A DNA stretch of 64,000 nucleotides. Origin: a virus. The notes under the pieces were generated by a model that was not told the DNA's origin, ran no database searches, and saw only the letters and a list, made by a program, of their open reading frames with translations. How positions within the stretch are numbered: position 1 is the stretch's first letter; the number at the start of each line of letters is the position of its first letter. The position numbers and the translations under genes are program-made. This document shows, one piece after another, positions 54,204 through 64,000 of the stretch. Location: positions 20,294 through 84,293 of the IMG/VR virus record IMGVR_UViG_2974694605_000001. One strand, given 5' to 3'.

Positions 54204-55324
54204 TATTGATTCACCTCACATGTATATTGAGCTTTGACATTGATGTCAGATGCTACAACACTAATTGTTTTACCAGTTTTATATTGGTTGCCTACACCAC
54301 CAAAATTAGCATTTAATACACCATTTTGGTCACGTTGAGACCATTTATAAGTATAGTCTCTGCCAGCTGTATCAATTTCAGCACCAGATTGAAATACTCG
54401 ACAAGTGAGCGTTGTTGTACCAGAACCATTTTTAAAAATACTACCTGCTGTACTATTAATCGTACAAGTTAATGGGTCTGTATAATCAAGAAGAGTAACG
54501 ATACCACTAGCTACAGTTCCTGCTGTACCGCCTGCTTGGTCAATGATTACTGCTTTGAAAGTTTGAGCATTTGTAACAGCCGTTGGTAGAACTGTTAGTA
54601 TCCCTTGAGAAGTTGTATTTGTACCAGCAGTTACATTCGGTGTTTGACCAGTTGTAGATGAAGTACATAAGTGCCAACCTAATCCAAGGTTTGAGTTATA
54701 GCCAGCTGAACCAGTTGAGTTTACAGAACTATCTGCATAACCAAAGAAAATCTCTTTGTTCCCATTTGATAAAGTTCCACCTTTATATAAATCAGCATTA
54801 ACTGTTAAACTTGCAGGCTTAGAATTATAGAACGCTCCACCATTTCCAGTATAAACATTCGCAAGAACAGCTGATTTAGCAAGTTGTACAACAGTTAAAT
54901 CTAAAACAGCTGAGAATGGAACGTTCAAACCTGTATTTGGGTCAATCCATAATCCAGACGCAGTGAATCGTGATGCTGAGTTAGCAATTGGGACGTTGAC
55001 TTTTGTTGTCAACACACTATTTGCACTTCCACTCACATGTTGCGTATCAGTACTACTAGTTGAAGTGATAGTATTTGTTGTTGTTCCATCGGTACGTGTC
55101 CAAGTAATATTCCCTGAAATCCCACTAACAACAGAAGCTGTACTTCCTGCTTTAGTAAGGTTGAGTGTTAAAACTTGTGGAGTAGTCGTATAACTTGGTG
55201 ACCATGTTTGAGCTGTCGCATCATAAGTTTGAGTGGTCACCCCACTCGCTGTGATGAAAGCATTGAGTTGCATACCATCTGATAAATCGGTGATTGTAAT
55301 TTGTCCGCTTGAGACAATTGACAT
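54203..55324 (-). CDS. Ig-like repeat tail protein
   Basis: T/S/G-rich beta protein; C-terminal IFKNG..TTLTCRVFQSG.EID..YTYKW..AQYTCEV. Confidence 0.75.
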   Translation of the reverse strand: MSIVSSGQITITDLSDGMQLNAFITASGVTTQTYDATAQTWSPSYTTTPQVLTLNLTKAGSTASVVSGISGNITWTRTDGTTTNTITSTSSTDTQHVSGSANSVLTTKVNVPIANSASRFTASGLWIDPNTGLNVPFSAVLDLTVVQLAKSAVLANVYTGNGGAFYNSKPASLTVNADLYKGGTLSNGNKEIFFGYADSSVNSTGSAGYNSNLGLGWHLCTSSTTGQTPNVTAGTNTTSQGILTVLPTAVTNAQTFKAVIIDQAGGTAGTVASGIVTLLDYTDPLTCTINSTAGSIFKNGSGTTTLTCRVFQSGAEIDTAGRDYTYKWSQRDQNGVLNANFGGVGNQYKTGKTISVVASDINVKAQYTCEVNQ

Positions 55325-55339
55325 ATTTTCTTCCTCCTG

Positions 55340-58300
55340 TTAATTAAGTGGTTCGGCAGTGCAGTTGAATGTAGCCTTTTTCCAAATATCACTACTTGTG
55401 ATTGTAATTGATTTCTGACTTGTTTGATGAGCAAGATTCCAAGCAGTATCTGGTGTTCCATCAGAGTTAACTTTAGACCACACATACGCATATTTAGTAC
55501 CATCTTTATCAATCTCTTTATTGTCTTGATAAAGTCTTGCTGTAAAAGTCGTATTGATGATATTGTTTTTAAATTGAGAACCATTAGAAGATTCAATTAT
55601 TAGATTTATAGGGCTTATACCATCATTCCCTCGTATTAAAGTCCAAGTATAGTTCTCTGGGTTAGTACTATCTGATATTTTATCATCTGAATATGTTCCT
55701 ATATAACTTGGATAATCACTAGTTTTTACTTCGCTAAATGATGGCATATATGGAGTAGCTACAGAACCTTCTTCCCACTTATGACCAGCATTCCAAAAGG
55801 TGTCTGTAGTATTTTGTGTAGTTATTTCATATCTAACGTGTACTATATCTCCTGCTTTTAAAGTTAATGAGAAAGTGTCAATTGACCAATTTGAGGTTAT
55901 AGCTAAAACATTACGATTAGTATCTTTATTATTGACATTAACCCAACGAACAACATCATTATTAGTACTTGATGATTTTATATAAGCTGAGAAAGTATAA
56001 ATTCCATCTGTAGATACAGTACATGGTTTAAAAATTCCACTCCATTGACCAGTACGTTTTTTAACTGTTAAGCCTTTATATGTTCCGTTATTTTGCCAAG
56101 CCCAAGAATTTATCCAATCTCCACTAAAGTCTTTAGTACCGTCTAGCAAATTTAAGTTCGTATAAACATTAGTGAATCTATCAGTTCCATCAGAACTCCA
56201 AGCATATGCTGTATGGGTATATGCTTTATTTCTATCAATAATAACTGGCAAGATTTGTTCGTCAATTAAATTGAGTGTGCTACCTGCTAGATAAAATTGT
56301 AATTTTACATGTGTTATATCATTATCGAATGGTTTATATGTTGCTATAGATTCATCAGAAGATGAAGTGTATTTAAGAAAATAATTCAACCCACCATCTT
56401 TTGATTCATAAATTTTATATCTACCAAGATATGCTGTTGTACTTCCACCTACTAACTCTTGATTCCCCATTACAGTGATTGGTGTATTGACCCATTCGTT
56501 ATAAGGTGTCTTTCGCAAATAGTCAGAAGTCATCATCCAACGATTTATGTTTCCTGATGTATCTTTATATTTCTTTATTCTAAACTCTTTTTTCAGAGTT
56601 TCTTTTCCTTGGGTTGCGATTATAGCTATTGTCTCAAAGTCTGTTTTTATTGATAAGACTTTTACTGTATTTTTTGAAACTGTATAAACTACATTGTTAT
56701 TTCTCTCTACAGAGAAAGTCCAATTGCTTGTATCTAAAACACCGTCTCTATACACATTCATTTCTGTCGAAGCATAGTCATAATTTCCTGATGAACCGTT
56801 AGGGTCTGTGAAAATTGTAATGAAGTCGTTTGATAAAGTTGGAACTATAGCTCCCTTTATAGAAGATATGTCGTCATCTGTAACAAGATTAGAATCAGCT
56901 CCAATTGTAATTTTCTTATTAAGTTTTATTTCACCTGTATTAAGGTTAATGATGATTCCATCATCTTTTCCTTTAATAACACCCGCATTCATTACTAAGT
57001 CAGCGTTGAACTCTGTTTTACTATTAATCTCTAATAGCTTACCATCAATCTTAACTCCTTCCTCAGAAAGATTTAATGCAGTAACAACATTATCGTTTTT
57101 GACATAATTCAAAGAAATCCCAGTTTCAAGAGTTTTTATTTCAGACCTAGTATAATCAAATGATATAATTGATTCTAATGCCTGTTTCTTTTTATCATAA
57201 TTGATAAACTTCTCTTTAAATACCTTTGAGTCAATTGTTGTTGTTTTTGTTATATTAGCATCATCTAAGATAGAATAACCATCTGATTGTTGTGTTTGAT
57301 TTAAATATTTATTCAAATCTTCATATGCTGTAACATACTCATTATACTCGTCAGGATAAGGATTTTCTTTAGTAGGTTTCCCTCTTCCTTTCATGAATGA
57401 GTAAATCATAGAACTGTGTATATCTGTGATTTTAGTCCATTGATTCTTTAATTGTTTCTTTTCATACTCATTGATTAAATTATCATTTGCAATCTCATCA
57501 TAAGTAAGTAATAATTTATTCCATGATTCGATAACGTTCTTAGGGTTTCCCTCATGACCACTCATGATTTTAATTGAATCCATATTAACTGTCAGACCAG
57601 TATTGTCAATTACAAAGCTACCTGAATCGTTTGTAATAATAAGATTATTACCTGCTAAAATTTTACCGATAAGTGTTTCAGCAATAACTCCATTAGGTGT
57701 AATTGATGTATTCCATGTCTTACCATTATCTTTAGAAAGAGCTACGACACCTGATTGAATAATAATTACTTCATTTGGGAAATCTGGGTTACGAACCATC
57801 ATACCTCGATTATCAAGAGTAATTGATTCATTTGCCCCAGCAGTAATGCGATTATTGACCGCTTTAATTTCTTTATCTCTCCAAGCTGTAACTTCATCTT
57901 TAACTTCTACAATATTGTTCCATTTGTATTTGTTATTTTCTAAGATTGAAGACGACGACTCTGCTTGATAAATAATTGTTGCTAATCTATCAAGAGCATC
58001 AATGTCGTCCATATTGTCAGATATTTCAAGTTGGAAATCGCCAGAAACTAAATCACCGCTATAACCAATAATAATTGATGTATATTCTTCTTCTAATTTA
58101 TTAGATTTAATCTTGACTTCTTCACCAATTTCTAATCTTCCATGATACTTCTTGGATTCAATAGAATTAATGAACGATGCTAAATCTGTCTTAAATGAGC
58201 GTGTTGGTTTTTGATATTTCTCAAATTCTTCTACAGTTGCTTTATATAATTCTTTTGCATCAATATATCTGTCATCTGAGAAGTCTTTCTCATAAACAAA

Positions 58301-59536
58301 TAATTTTAACTCTTCAACTAAATCTGCTCTAAAAGAATTTGTTGAGATAATTTCTTGATAATCAACTATTGTCTTATTCCAGACTTCGATAGTTTTATTT
58401 ATAGAATCAATTTCTGAACTTTTGTCATCGACTTGTTTTTGTTTTGCAATGATTTCAAACTCTCTTTGAGCAGTCAAAGATTTATTGTTTGTTGACTTTG
58501 CAGTATCTAACAGAGCTTGTAGGGTAATCATTTCTCCGTCAAGGTCAGCTTTTTCAGACATTTTTTTTGTTAAATCAACATATCCTTGATTGATTAATTT
58601 TTGTAGATTATCAATTTTTGGATTATAGACTTTTTGTAATTCCATTAAATCCAATAAAGCATGAGCTAAATCATCAGACATATAGTCTGAATGGTGTAAC
58701 ACATTTTTATGTTCATCACGCTTAAAGGGTTGTATGAAATATGAAAAATCTTCAATATATCTCATGCCAGTTGGATTTGCAGATGAAATATCTAAATCTT
58801 CATTCCCCTTTGCATACATTCTTGTGACTATTTCTTCTGATGTCGATGAAATATCTATAGAATTTGCATAGTTTTCACGCTTAAGAACAACACCACGAAA
58901 AACTCTTAATTCATCAATTGTTAAAAGATTTAATGTTCGTGTTTCTCCATCAAAATCGGTTATTGCTCCATAAGCTTCAATACCACTTTGAATAGCTTCA
59001 TATCTTGTTTGCTTATCTTGTTCTGAAAATGTTCTATATGTATTTTTTAATTTATTTGAAACGTGTCCTAGTTTCCAAGGTGACTGTTCGAGAGCTTTAC
59101 GAAAATATTCTTCTGCTCCAACACCTGTTCCATCTATTGTAACGTTTGTTGTTCTAAGCTCACTCTCTAAACTATCACAGGATATTTTAGTTGTAATTCC
59201 ATCGCTTGAATCATTCTTTTCAATGGTTATGATTCTAAACCAATTTACTCTACCTCCATACCACGTTAATTTAATAAGTTTCTCTTCTTTGATGCTATCT
59301 AAGTCAGGATTTTTGATGTATTCAATCTCATCAGATATACCTTTACTTTTAGATTCTACCAAATAAGGTATTTCAAATTCAAAATGTGGGAGTGAGTTTA
59401 GTTTAACATCTGATATATTAGCTGTATTAATATTCAAGATGTTCTGTGTTATGACTTTACTAGGAAGAGCAAGTTGAACCTTAAATGGTTTCTTACTTCT
59501 AGTTAGGTCTAGGTCTAAGCCTAAATCTTTTAACAT
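55340..59536 (-). CDS. tail-associated lysin / tail tip protein (Tal) with CBM and Ig-like C-terminus
   Basis: follows Dit; endopeptidase-tail-type IVTRMYAKG, GEEVKI motifs; CBM module with conserved boundaries. Confidence 0.85.
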   Translation of the reverse strand: MLKDLGLDLDLTRSKKPFKVQLALPSKVITQNILNINTANISDVKLNSLPHFEFEIPYLVESKSKGISDEIEYIKNPDLDSIKEEKLIKLTWYGGRVNWFRIITIEKNDSSDGITTKISCDSLESELRTTNVTIDGTGVGAEEYFRKALEQSPWKLGHVSNKLKNTYRTFSEQDKQTRYEAIQSGIEAYGAITDFDGETRTLNLLTIDELRVFRGVVLKRENYANSIDISSTSEEIVTRMYAKGNEDLDISSANPTGMRYIEDFSYFIQPFKRDEHKNVLHHSDYMSDDLAHALLDLMELQKVYNPKIDNLQKLINQGYVDLTKKMSEKADLDGEMITLQALLDTAKSTNNKSLTAQREFEIIAKQKQVDDKSSEIDSINKTIEVWNKTIVDYQEIISTNSFRADLVEELKLFVYEKDFSDDRYIDAKELYKATVEEFEKYQKPTRSFKTDLASFINSIESKKYHGRLEIGEEVKIKSNKLEEEYTSIIIGYSGDLVSGDFQLEISDNMDDIDALDRLATIIYQAESSSSILENNKYKWNNIVEVKDEVTAWRDKEIKAVNNRITAGANESITLDNRGMMVRNPDFPNEVIIIQSGVVALSKDNGKTWNTSITPNGVIAETLIGKILAGNNLIITNDSGSFVIDNTGLTVNMDSIKIMSGHEGNPKNVIESWNKLLLTYDEIANDNLINEYEKKQLKNQWTKITDIHSSMIYSFMKGRGKPTKENPYPDEYNEYVTAYEDLNKYLNQTQQSDGYSILDDANITKTTTIDSKVFKEKFINYDKKKQALESIISFDYTRSEIKTLETGISLNYVKNDNVVTALNLSEEGVKIDGKLLEINSKTEFNADLVMNAGVIKGKDDGIIINLNTGEIKLNKKITIGADSNLVTDDDISSIKGAIVPTLSNDFITIFTDPNGSSGNYDYASTEMNVYRDGVLDTSNWTFSVERNNNVVYTVSKNTVKVLSIKTDFETIAIIATQGKETLKKEFRIKKYKDTSGNINRWMMTSDYLRKTPYNEWVNTPITVMGNQELVGGSTTAYLGRYKIYESKDGGLNYFLKYTSSSDESIATYKPFDNDITHVKLQFYLAGSTLNLIDEQILPVIIDRNKAYTHTAYAWSSDGTDRFTNVYTNLNLLDGTKDFSGDWINSWAWQNNGTYKGLTVKKRTGQWSGIFKPCTVSTDGIYTFSAYIKSSSTNNDVVRWVNVNNKDTNRNVLAITSNWSIDTFSLTLKAGDIVHVRYEITTQNTTDTFWNAGHKWEEGSVATPYMPSFSEVKTSDYPSYIGTYSDDKISDSTNPENYTWTLIRGNDGISPINLIIESSNGSQFKNNIINTTFTARLYQDNKEIDKDGTKYAYVWSKVNSDGTPDTAWNLAHQTSQKSITITSSDIWKKATFNCTAEPLN

Positions 59537-59571
59537 AGCATTTACTCCTCTATATATTTCCTATATACTAT

Positions 59572-59600
59572 ATTATACCACAATTCCCTAAAAAGCGCAA
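59572..59600 (-). promoter_or_regulatory. sigma70-type promoter upstream of Tal
   Basis: TTGCGC-17-TATAAT with TG extension on - strand. Confidence 0.6.
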
Positions 59601-59618
59601 GTGCAAAGTTATATATAT

Positions 59619-59649
59619 AAAAAAAATAAGATGCCTAAGCATCTTATTT
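59619..59649 (-). terminator. terminator after dit
   Basis: AATAAGATGC-CTAA-GCATCTTATT with T run on - strand. Confidence 0.75.
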
Positions 59650-60408
59650 AATATAGTATGGTTGATAGGTAATAATAACCTTAAGGTTTTGACTTGCTGA
59701 GGCACTAACTGTATTTACCTTTTTCAAAAGACTTAATTTAGATAAATCTCCTACATAGTCTGAATAGTGATATACTCCATTTAAACTACTAGAAATTTCT
59801 TCTTCGTAGGGATTTATTGTGACAATTTCATTTGCTTTCAAATTACTTATTTGTAGTGTGTATCCATTTACCGTTATTGAATATGTTCCATCTTTTAATG
59901 GATATAAATCAATATTCATCTCTGGATTTATTTTACCATCCAACGTAATACTAATTGAATCCTTGCTTGCCCCTTTTTCAAAAGACAAAACATTTCCATA
60001 CACATATGGGGAGTTCGTTATCATAGAAACAACTATATAACCTCTTCCAGTCCCTGTATGTACTATCCTAGATTCTCCGTTTGGCATTGCATAGACAAAT
60101 TTATTCAATCCTTCAAATTGCAATTTACTGTAGTACTCTTTACCATAGAGCCAATCAATTACTTTGTTGATTAATTCATCTGTGAAATCTTTCTCGAAAG
60201 CCAAATTCAATTCAAATGACAAATCTTCATAAGTCACACCATTGAATAGTGATTTTCTCACATCTTTCACCGTCTCTGAATTGACAGTTCGATTTGCAAC
60301 AAATGCTTCGTCAAACATTCCATTATCCATAGAAACGCTTATAATTCCAAATTCTTTAGTATTCTTTCCGTTGTATGTAAAACTAATCTTATCTTTGATA
60401 GTGTTCAT
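59644..60408 (-). CDS. distal tail protein (Dit)
   Basis: position TMP-Dit-Tal; FTYNGKN..EFG; SPYVYG. Confidence 0.8.
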   Translation of the reverse strand: MNTIKDKISFTYNGKNTKEFGIISVSMDNGMFDEAFVANRTVNSETVKDVRKSLFNGVTYEDLSFELNLAFEKDFTDELINKVIDWLYGKEYYSKLQFEGLNKFVYAMPNGESRIVHTGTGRGYIVVSMITNSPYVYGNVLSFEKGASKDSISITLDGKINPEMNIDLYPLKDGTYSITVNGYTLQISNLKANEIVTINPYEEEISSSLNGVYHYSDYVGDLSKLSLLKKVNTVSASASQNLKVIITYQPYYIK

Positions 60409-60460
60409 TTTACCAACTTTCTATAAAAAATAATTGAAGGGTGGGTTACACCCTATCCAA

Positions 60461-63400
60461 TTATCTACGTGATTTCAATCTATCCATAACTTCGTCTGCA
60501 AATCTAACAGCACCTTCTTTGTCACCACGATAGTTTTCAAAGTTGAATTGCATATCGCCTACAACTAAGCTATTACCAGACTTAGAGGCTTGTATTGATT
60601 TTATAAAGTCATTGAGTTGATTTTTAGTTTTGTCTACAATTGATACTGTTTTTAGAATATCACTTGTTTGATTTTTATTTAAGACCATTTCTTTTTTGTG
60701 AAGCATTGCAACTTTACCCTCATTACCAAGCCAATCACCAGTATAACCCCCTGTATCAAAAGGAATCAATAGCTTTTTACCGATTGGTACTGTATAAGGA
60801 TTTGAAATACCATTGGCTTTTTGAATCTTAGTCCATTGGTAATAATTTCCATAATACTTCTTGGCTAAATCCCAAAGTGTATCTCCATTAACAACCGTGT
60901 GTGTTGCTTTTACTCCATTTCGTTTTGCTGGATTTGCGTGAGCTACAGGTTTTCGTTCAGGAGGGAGGTAAGGATTTATATCTCTATGCCCTATAACAGA
61001 ACTTGTTGCACCAGTAGTATATCTAGGGGTGTTGATATTATTTCCTCTTTGTTGACTTGCATTCAGGTCGTTTAAGTTTTTATTTATACTATTAAGTTCT
61101 GTTAATTGGTCTTTTATGCCCAACCAGATATTTGATACATCAGTTAGGTTATCCCCCACAATTGATTTAATATCATCAGGACTTAGATTTTCTGTCCCCA
61201 TGATTCCCTTTCCGTCTCCACTCATCAATTTAGATAGTTCATCTTGCATATCATTCATCATTTTTGTTAAGACTGTGGTATCACCTTTATTCCATTTATC
61301 CGTTGCATTTTTCCATGATGCATCATCATTGATTAACTTATTATAATAATCTTGAATTTGCTTAGATTTATCATTTATTTCACTAACGTTATTATCATAA
61401 TTTGTGTTTTCATTATCTTTATTTTTATTTACTTGGTCGAGCTGTTCTTGTTTTTGTTTATCAAGTTGTTCTTTCCAGAGTGTGTCTTGTCTCTCTAATT
61501 GAGCATCTGTGATATCTTTATTCAAGTCCGTCAGTTGCTTTTGCAAGTCTGCTAAAGCTTTCTTTCCTTCTAATGAATTATCTCTTGAAGCTAATGATAT
61601 TTTTTGCATAAAATCTGCACGTTTAGCGTTAAAGTCTTCCATCTTCTTAGCATATGTTTCTTCGGCTTTTTCCGAATCACGTTCTTTAACTTTTGCATCG
61701 TAGACTTCATTTATTTTTGAAATCTCATCATCATATGATTTTATTTTTGCGTCATGTGTTGTTTTTAAGTTCTCAAGTTCTTTTTCAGTAGATTGCTTGC
61801 TTAATGTTTGCATTTGTTTATAATAGTTTTTGAGAGAAGATACTTCGTCTTGTGCAACTTTTTCACGAGCATCGGCAACTGCTTTTTGTTCTTTTAATGT
61901 ATCAAGAACAGAACTATTATAATTCTTTTGAGCATCTTCAAGCATTTTTTGCATCTCAATAGCTTGTTTAGATGACGCACCGTATTTCTTACTTGCATTA
62001 TTGTATTCAGCTTGATATTTCGCAACTTGATTCTTATACGTAAGTTCAAGTTTTTGTTGTTGCTTTATCATATCATATTGAATCTTAAGCTGTTGACCTA
62101 CATCATTAGGGTTAGTATATTGAAGTTTCTCATTCTTGAAGCTTAATGCATCTTTAGCTTTTTGAATAGAACCAATTGTCTTATCCCAATTGTTTCCAAT
62201 GTCAGCAATATAATCAAGATAAATATCAATGTTGCTTTGTCTAACTTCGTTATTAAGATTTTCGATTTGTGTTTCAAGTTTCCACAAGTTTCCTGAGTTT
62301 GTGTCATACTCTTGTTGTAATTCATTATAACGTTTACGTTGAGATTCTGTATGTTTATTTGTTTTTCTCAAACCTTCGAGTTCTTTAGCAATTGCATTTT
62401 GACGTCTAATCATTGCTTGATACTGAGCTTGTTGTTGACTCAATAAGCTTTTATTTAAGCTTTGAATACCAAGTAATTGGTTACGATAAGCAACTGTGTT
62501 CTCAATTAAGCGTTTCAAAACTGCTTCTGATTTATCAATCTTAGTTTGAGTTTGGTCAATTTTGAGACCTGCTGTATCTCTATGATAGAGAGCATCCAGT
62601 GAATTACCAGCACTTTCTCCGAACACAGGAACAAATTCTTGCATTGTCTGAATAGCTGGGGTGATACTAGGAACATAAGTACCTGCTCCACCCTCGCCTG
62701 AACTACTAGAACCAGATTCGCCTTCACTTCCTGCAAATCCTCCTCCTAGTGCACCCATTCCATTAGTTCCCTTTATTCCAAAGAGACTACCTAGACCGAG
62801 TTTTTGAGCTGTTTGTAACCACAAATCAATACCACGGTCTCTGCGTTCTGGGATAAGTGGGATGATTGCTTCTTCACCTTCTTCACCATGCCATGCAAGT
62901 TCAGGTGTATCAACGAATCCACCATTATAGTATCCATGTCCACTATAAGCGTTAACTAATGAACCATATTTACCAAGTGCATATCTGATTGAAGCAAGAA
63001 TGTTATCAAGAGGAGAGTAGATATTATTATATCCTGGCATTTTATTTGCTTGGAAAGTTGGGTCAATAACCTGCATAAGACCTTTAGATGGTGTTCCGTT
63101 AACAGCATTAACATCCCAACCGTTAATTGCCATTGGATTACCACCAGACTCAGTTTGCATTTGATACATTAATGCTTGTAAGTTTTGTGGTGTGAATTGA
63201 CCAGTCATCATCAAAGCTTTTGAAGCTACACCAGTCCACTGTTGAACACCTGCACCAGCGACACCGCCTCCACCACCACCAAATGCACCTGCTAAAGCAG
63301 AGAAATCACCTGAAACGTAAGCTTTGATTTTATCTAGTGTATCAAACACTCCACCACCAAAGTCTTTAAATACTTCTTTACCAAGTTCTTTAAGGTTTCC

Positions 63401-64000
63401 ACCTGTCAAACCATTACTCAAACCTGCAATTACATACCCACCTAATTCCTCGAATACACGAGATGGTGAGTGAATACCCAATGCTGATTTGAATCTTGAT
63501 ACCATATCATCAGCAAGTCTTTGGAGAGGACTTGAAGCTGAACTCATGTTGTCACTAATACCCTTACCAATCTGAGCGGGTATTTTGCTTGCAATTCCAT
63601 ATAATCCAGCAGTTCCAGTACGCAAAGCATGTTGCATAGAAGTTGACATATTATTTACTGCACTCACTGAACTAGCACCCATTTGTTGTATTTCACGAAC
63701 GACATTTTGTCTAGTCCATTCACCACGAGAAACAATATTTTGTGTTCCACTATTCCAACTACTAACCATTGAAGATGTAGTTTGACTAATTATAGATGGT
63801 AATGTTTGTCTTACGGTATTCCAAATTCCAGTCAAAGATTGCACTACCGCAACCGATGTATTTTGATAGTTAATAAGTGAACTAGCATCGAAAACCATTT
63901 GTGCATTTGCTTGAGCTATCGCAGTCGCAACCATTCCACCAAAGCTAGAAAGTATTCCAGCAACTTCGTTCATTTTTGTTTGAACTTGATTTTTTAAGTT
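60461..64000 (-). CDS. tape measure protein, C-terminal part (starts outside window) with SLT transglycosylase and LysM domains
   Basis: ALGIHSPSRVF; MQTESGGNP.AIN.WDVNA..GTPSKGLMQVIDPTF; HTVVNGDTLWDLAKKYYG LysM; frame open to window end. Confidence 0.9.
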   Translation of the reverse strand, partial: NLKNQVQTKMNEVAGILSSFGGMVATAIAQANAQMVFDASSLINYQNTSVAVVQSLTGIWNTVRQTLPSIISQTTSSMVSSWNSGTQNIVSRGEWTRQNVVREIQQMGASSVSAVNNMSTSMQHALRTGTAGLYGIASKIPAQIGKGISDNMSSASSPLQRLADDMVSRFKSALGIHSPSRVFEELGGYVIAGLSNGLTGGNLKELGKEVFKDFGGGVFDTLDKIKAYVSGDFSALAGAFGGGGGGVAGAGVQQWTGVASKALMMTGQFTPQNLQALMYQMQTESGGNPMAINGWDVNAVNGTPSKGLMQVIDPTFQANKMPGYNNIYSPLDNILASIRYALGKYGSLVNAYSGHGYYNGGFVDTPELAWHGEEGEEAIIPLIPERRDRGIDLWLQTAQKLGLGSLFGIKGTNGMGALGGGFAGSEGESGSSSSGEGGAGTYVPSITPAIQTMQEFVPVFGESAGNSLDALYHRDTAGLKIDQTQTKIDKSEAVLKRLIENTVAYRNQLLGIQSLNKSLLSQQQAQYQAMIRRQNAIAKELEGLRKTNKHTESQRKRYNELQQEYDTNSGNLWKLETQIENLNNEVRQSNIDIYLDYIADIGNNWDKTIGSIQKAKDALSFKNEKLQYTNPNDVGQQLKIQYDMIKQQQKLELTYKNQVAKYQAEYNNASKKYGASSKQAIEMQKMLEDAQKNYNSSVLDTLKEQKAVADAREKVAQDEVSSLKNYYKQMQTLSKQSTEKELENLKTTHDAKIKSYDDEISKINEVYDAKVKERDSEKAEETYAKKMEDFNAKRADFMQKISLASRDNSLEGKKALADLQKQLTDLNKDITDAQLERQDTLWKEQLDKQKQEQLDQVNKNKDNENTNYDNNVSEINDKSKQIQDYYNKLINDDASWKNATDKWNKGDTTVLTKMMNDMQDELSKLMSGDGKGIMGTENLSPDDIKSIVGDNLTDVSNIWLGIKDQLTELNSINKNLNDLNASQQRGNNINTPRYTTGATSSVIGHRDINPYLPPERKPVAHANPAKRNGVKATHTVVNGDTLWDLAKKYYGNYYQWTKIQKANGISNPYTVPIGKKLLIPFDTGGYTGDWLGNEGKVAMLHKKEMVLNKNQTSDILKTVSIVDKTKNQLNDFIKSIQASKSGNSLVVGDMQFNFENYRGDKEGAVRFADEVMDRLKSRR

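Noticed and set aside
3116-63785. Many short antisense or overlapping ORFs in the track (e.g. 3116-, 6040-, 17060-, 25649-, 31928-, 35036-, 49059+, 55237-, 62515-)
   Set aside because: Shadows of longer genes on the opposite strand or frame, with no RBS and atypical composition
1-64000. CRISPR array, rRNA, IS transposase, integrase
   Set aside because: No regularly spaced repeat-spacer array, rRNA-like sequence or transposase/integrase motifs seen

Overview
AT-rich 64-kb segment of a large lytic siphovirus of a low-GC Firmicute. Gene content resembles, from recall, the 949/phiL47-type large lactococcal phages; the taxonomy is inference. The + strand (1-48044) carries early/middle genes driven by about 23 near-consensus sigma70 promoters (TTGACW-17bp-TATAAT). 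It encodes a RecJ-like exonuclease, many small hypothetical ORFs, an AAA+ ATPase, a type IIA topoisomerase pair, nucleoside deoxyribosyltransferase, a Pnu transporter, class III RNR (nrdDG), class Ib RNR (nrdHIE, nrdF), thioredoxin reductase, a guanylate-kinase-like protein, dUTPase, a subtilase and DNA Pol III alpha. The RNR genes carry four group I introns (two with homing endonuclease ORFs) and one intein, and two paralogous free-standing Zn-ribbon nuclease cassettes lie among them. The region 11.3-15.2 kb is a dense non-coding RNA island: tRNA-Arg, tRNA-Pro, a tmRNA, four tRNA-like elements with aberrant anticodon/D arms, a ~480-nt multi-domain RNA, and a cassette of peptide + coiled-coil protein + ~375-nt structured RNA. 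The - strand (48060-64000) carries the late tail module (tape measure C-terminal part, Dit, Tal, accessory fibre proteins, RBP), a holin and a RuvC-like resolvase. The two strands converge at a bidirectional terminator near 48046-48078. All RNA structures were paired by eye and all protein family calls come from motif recognition, not database searches.
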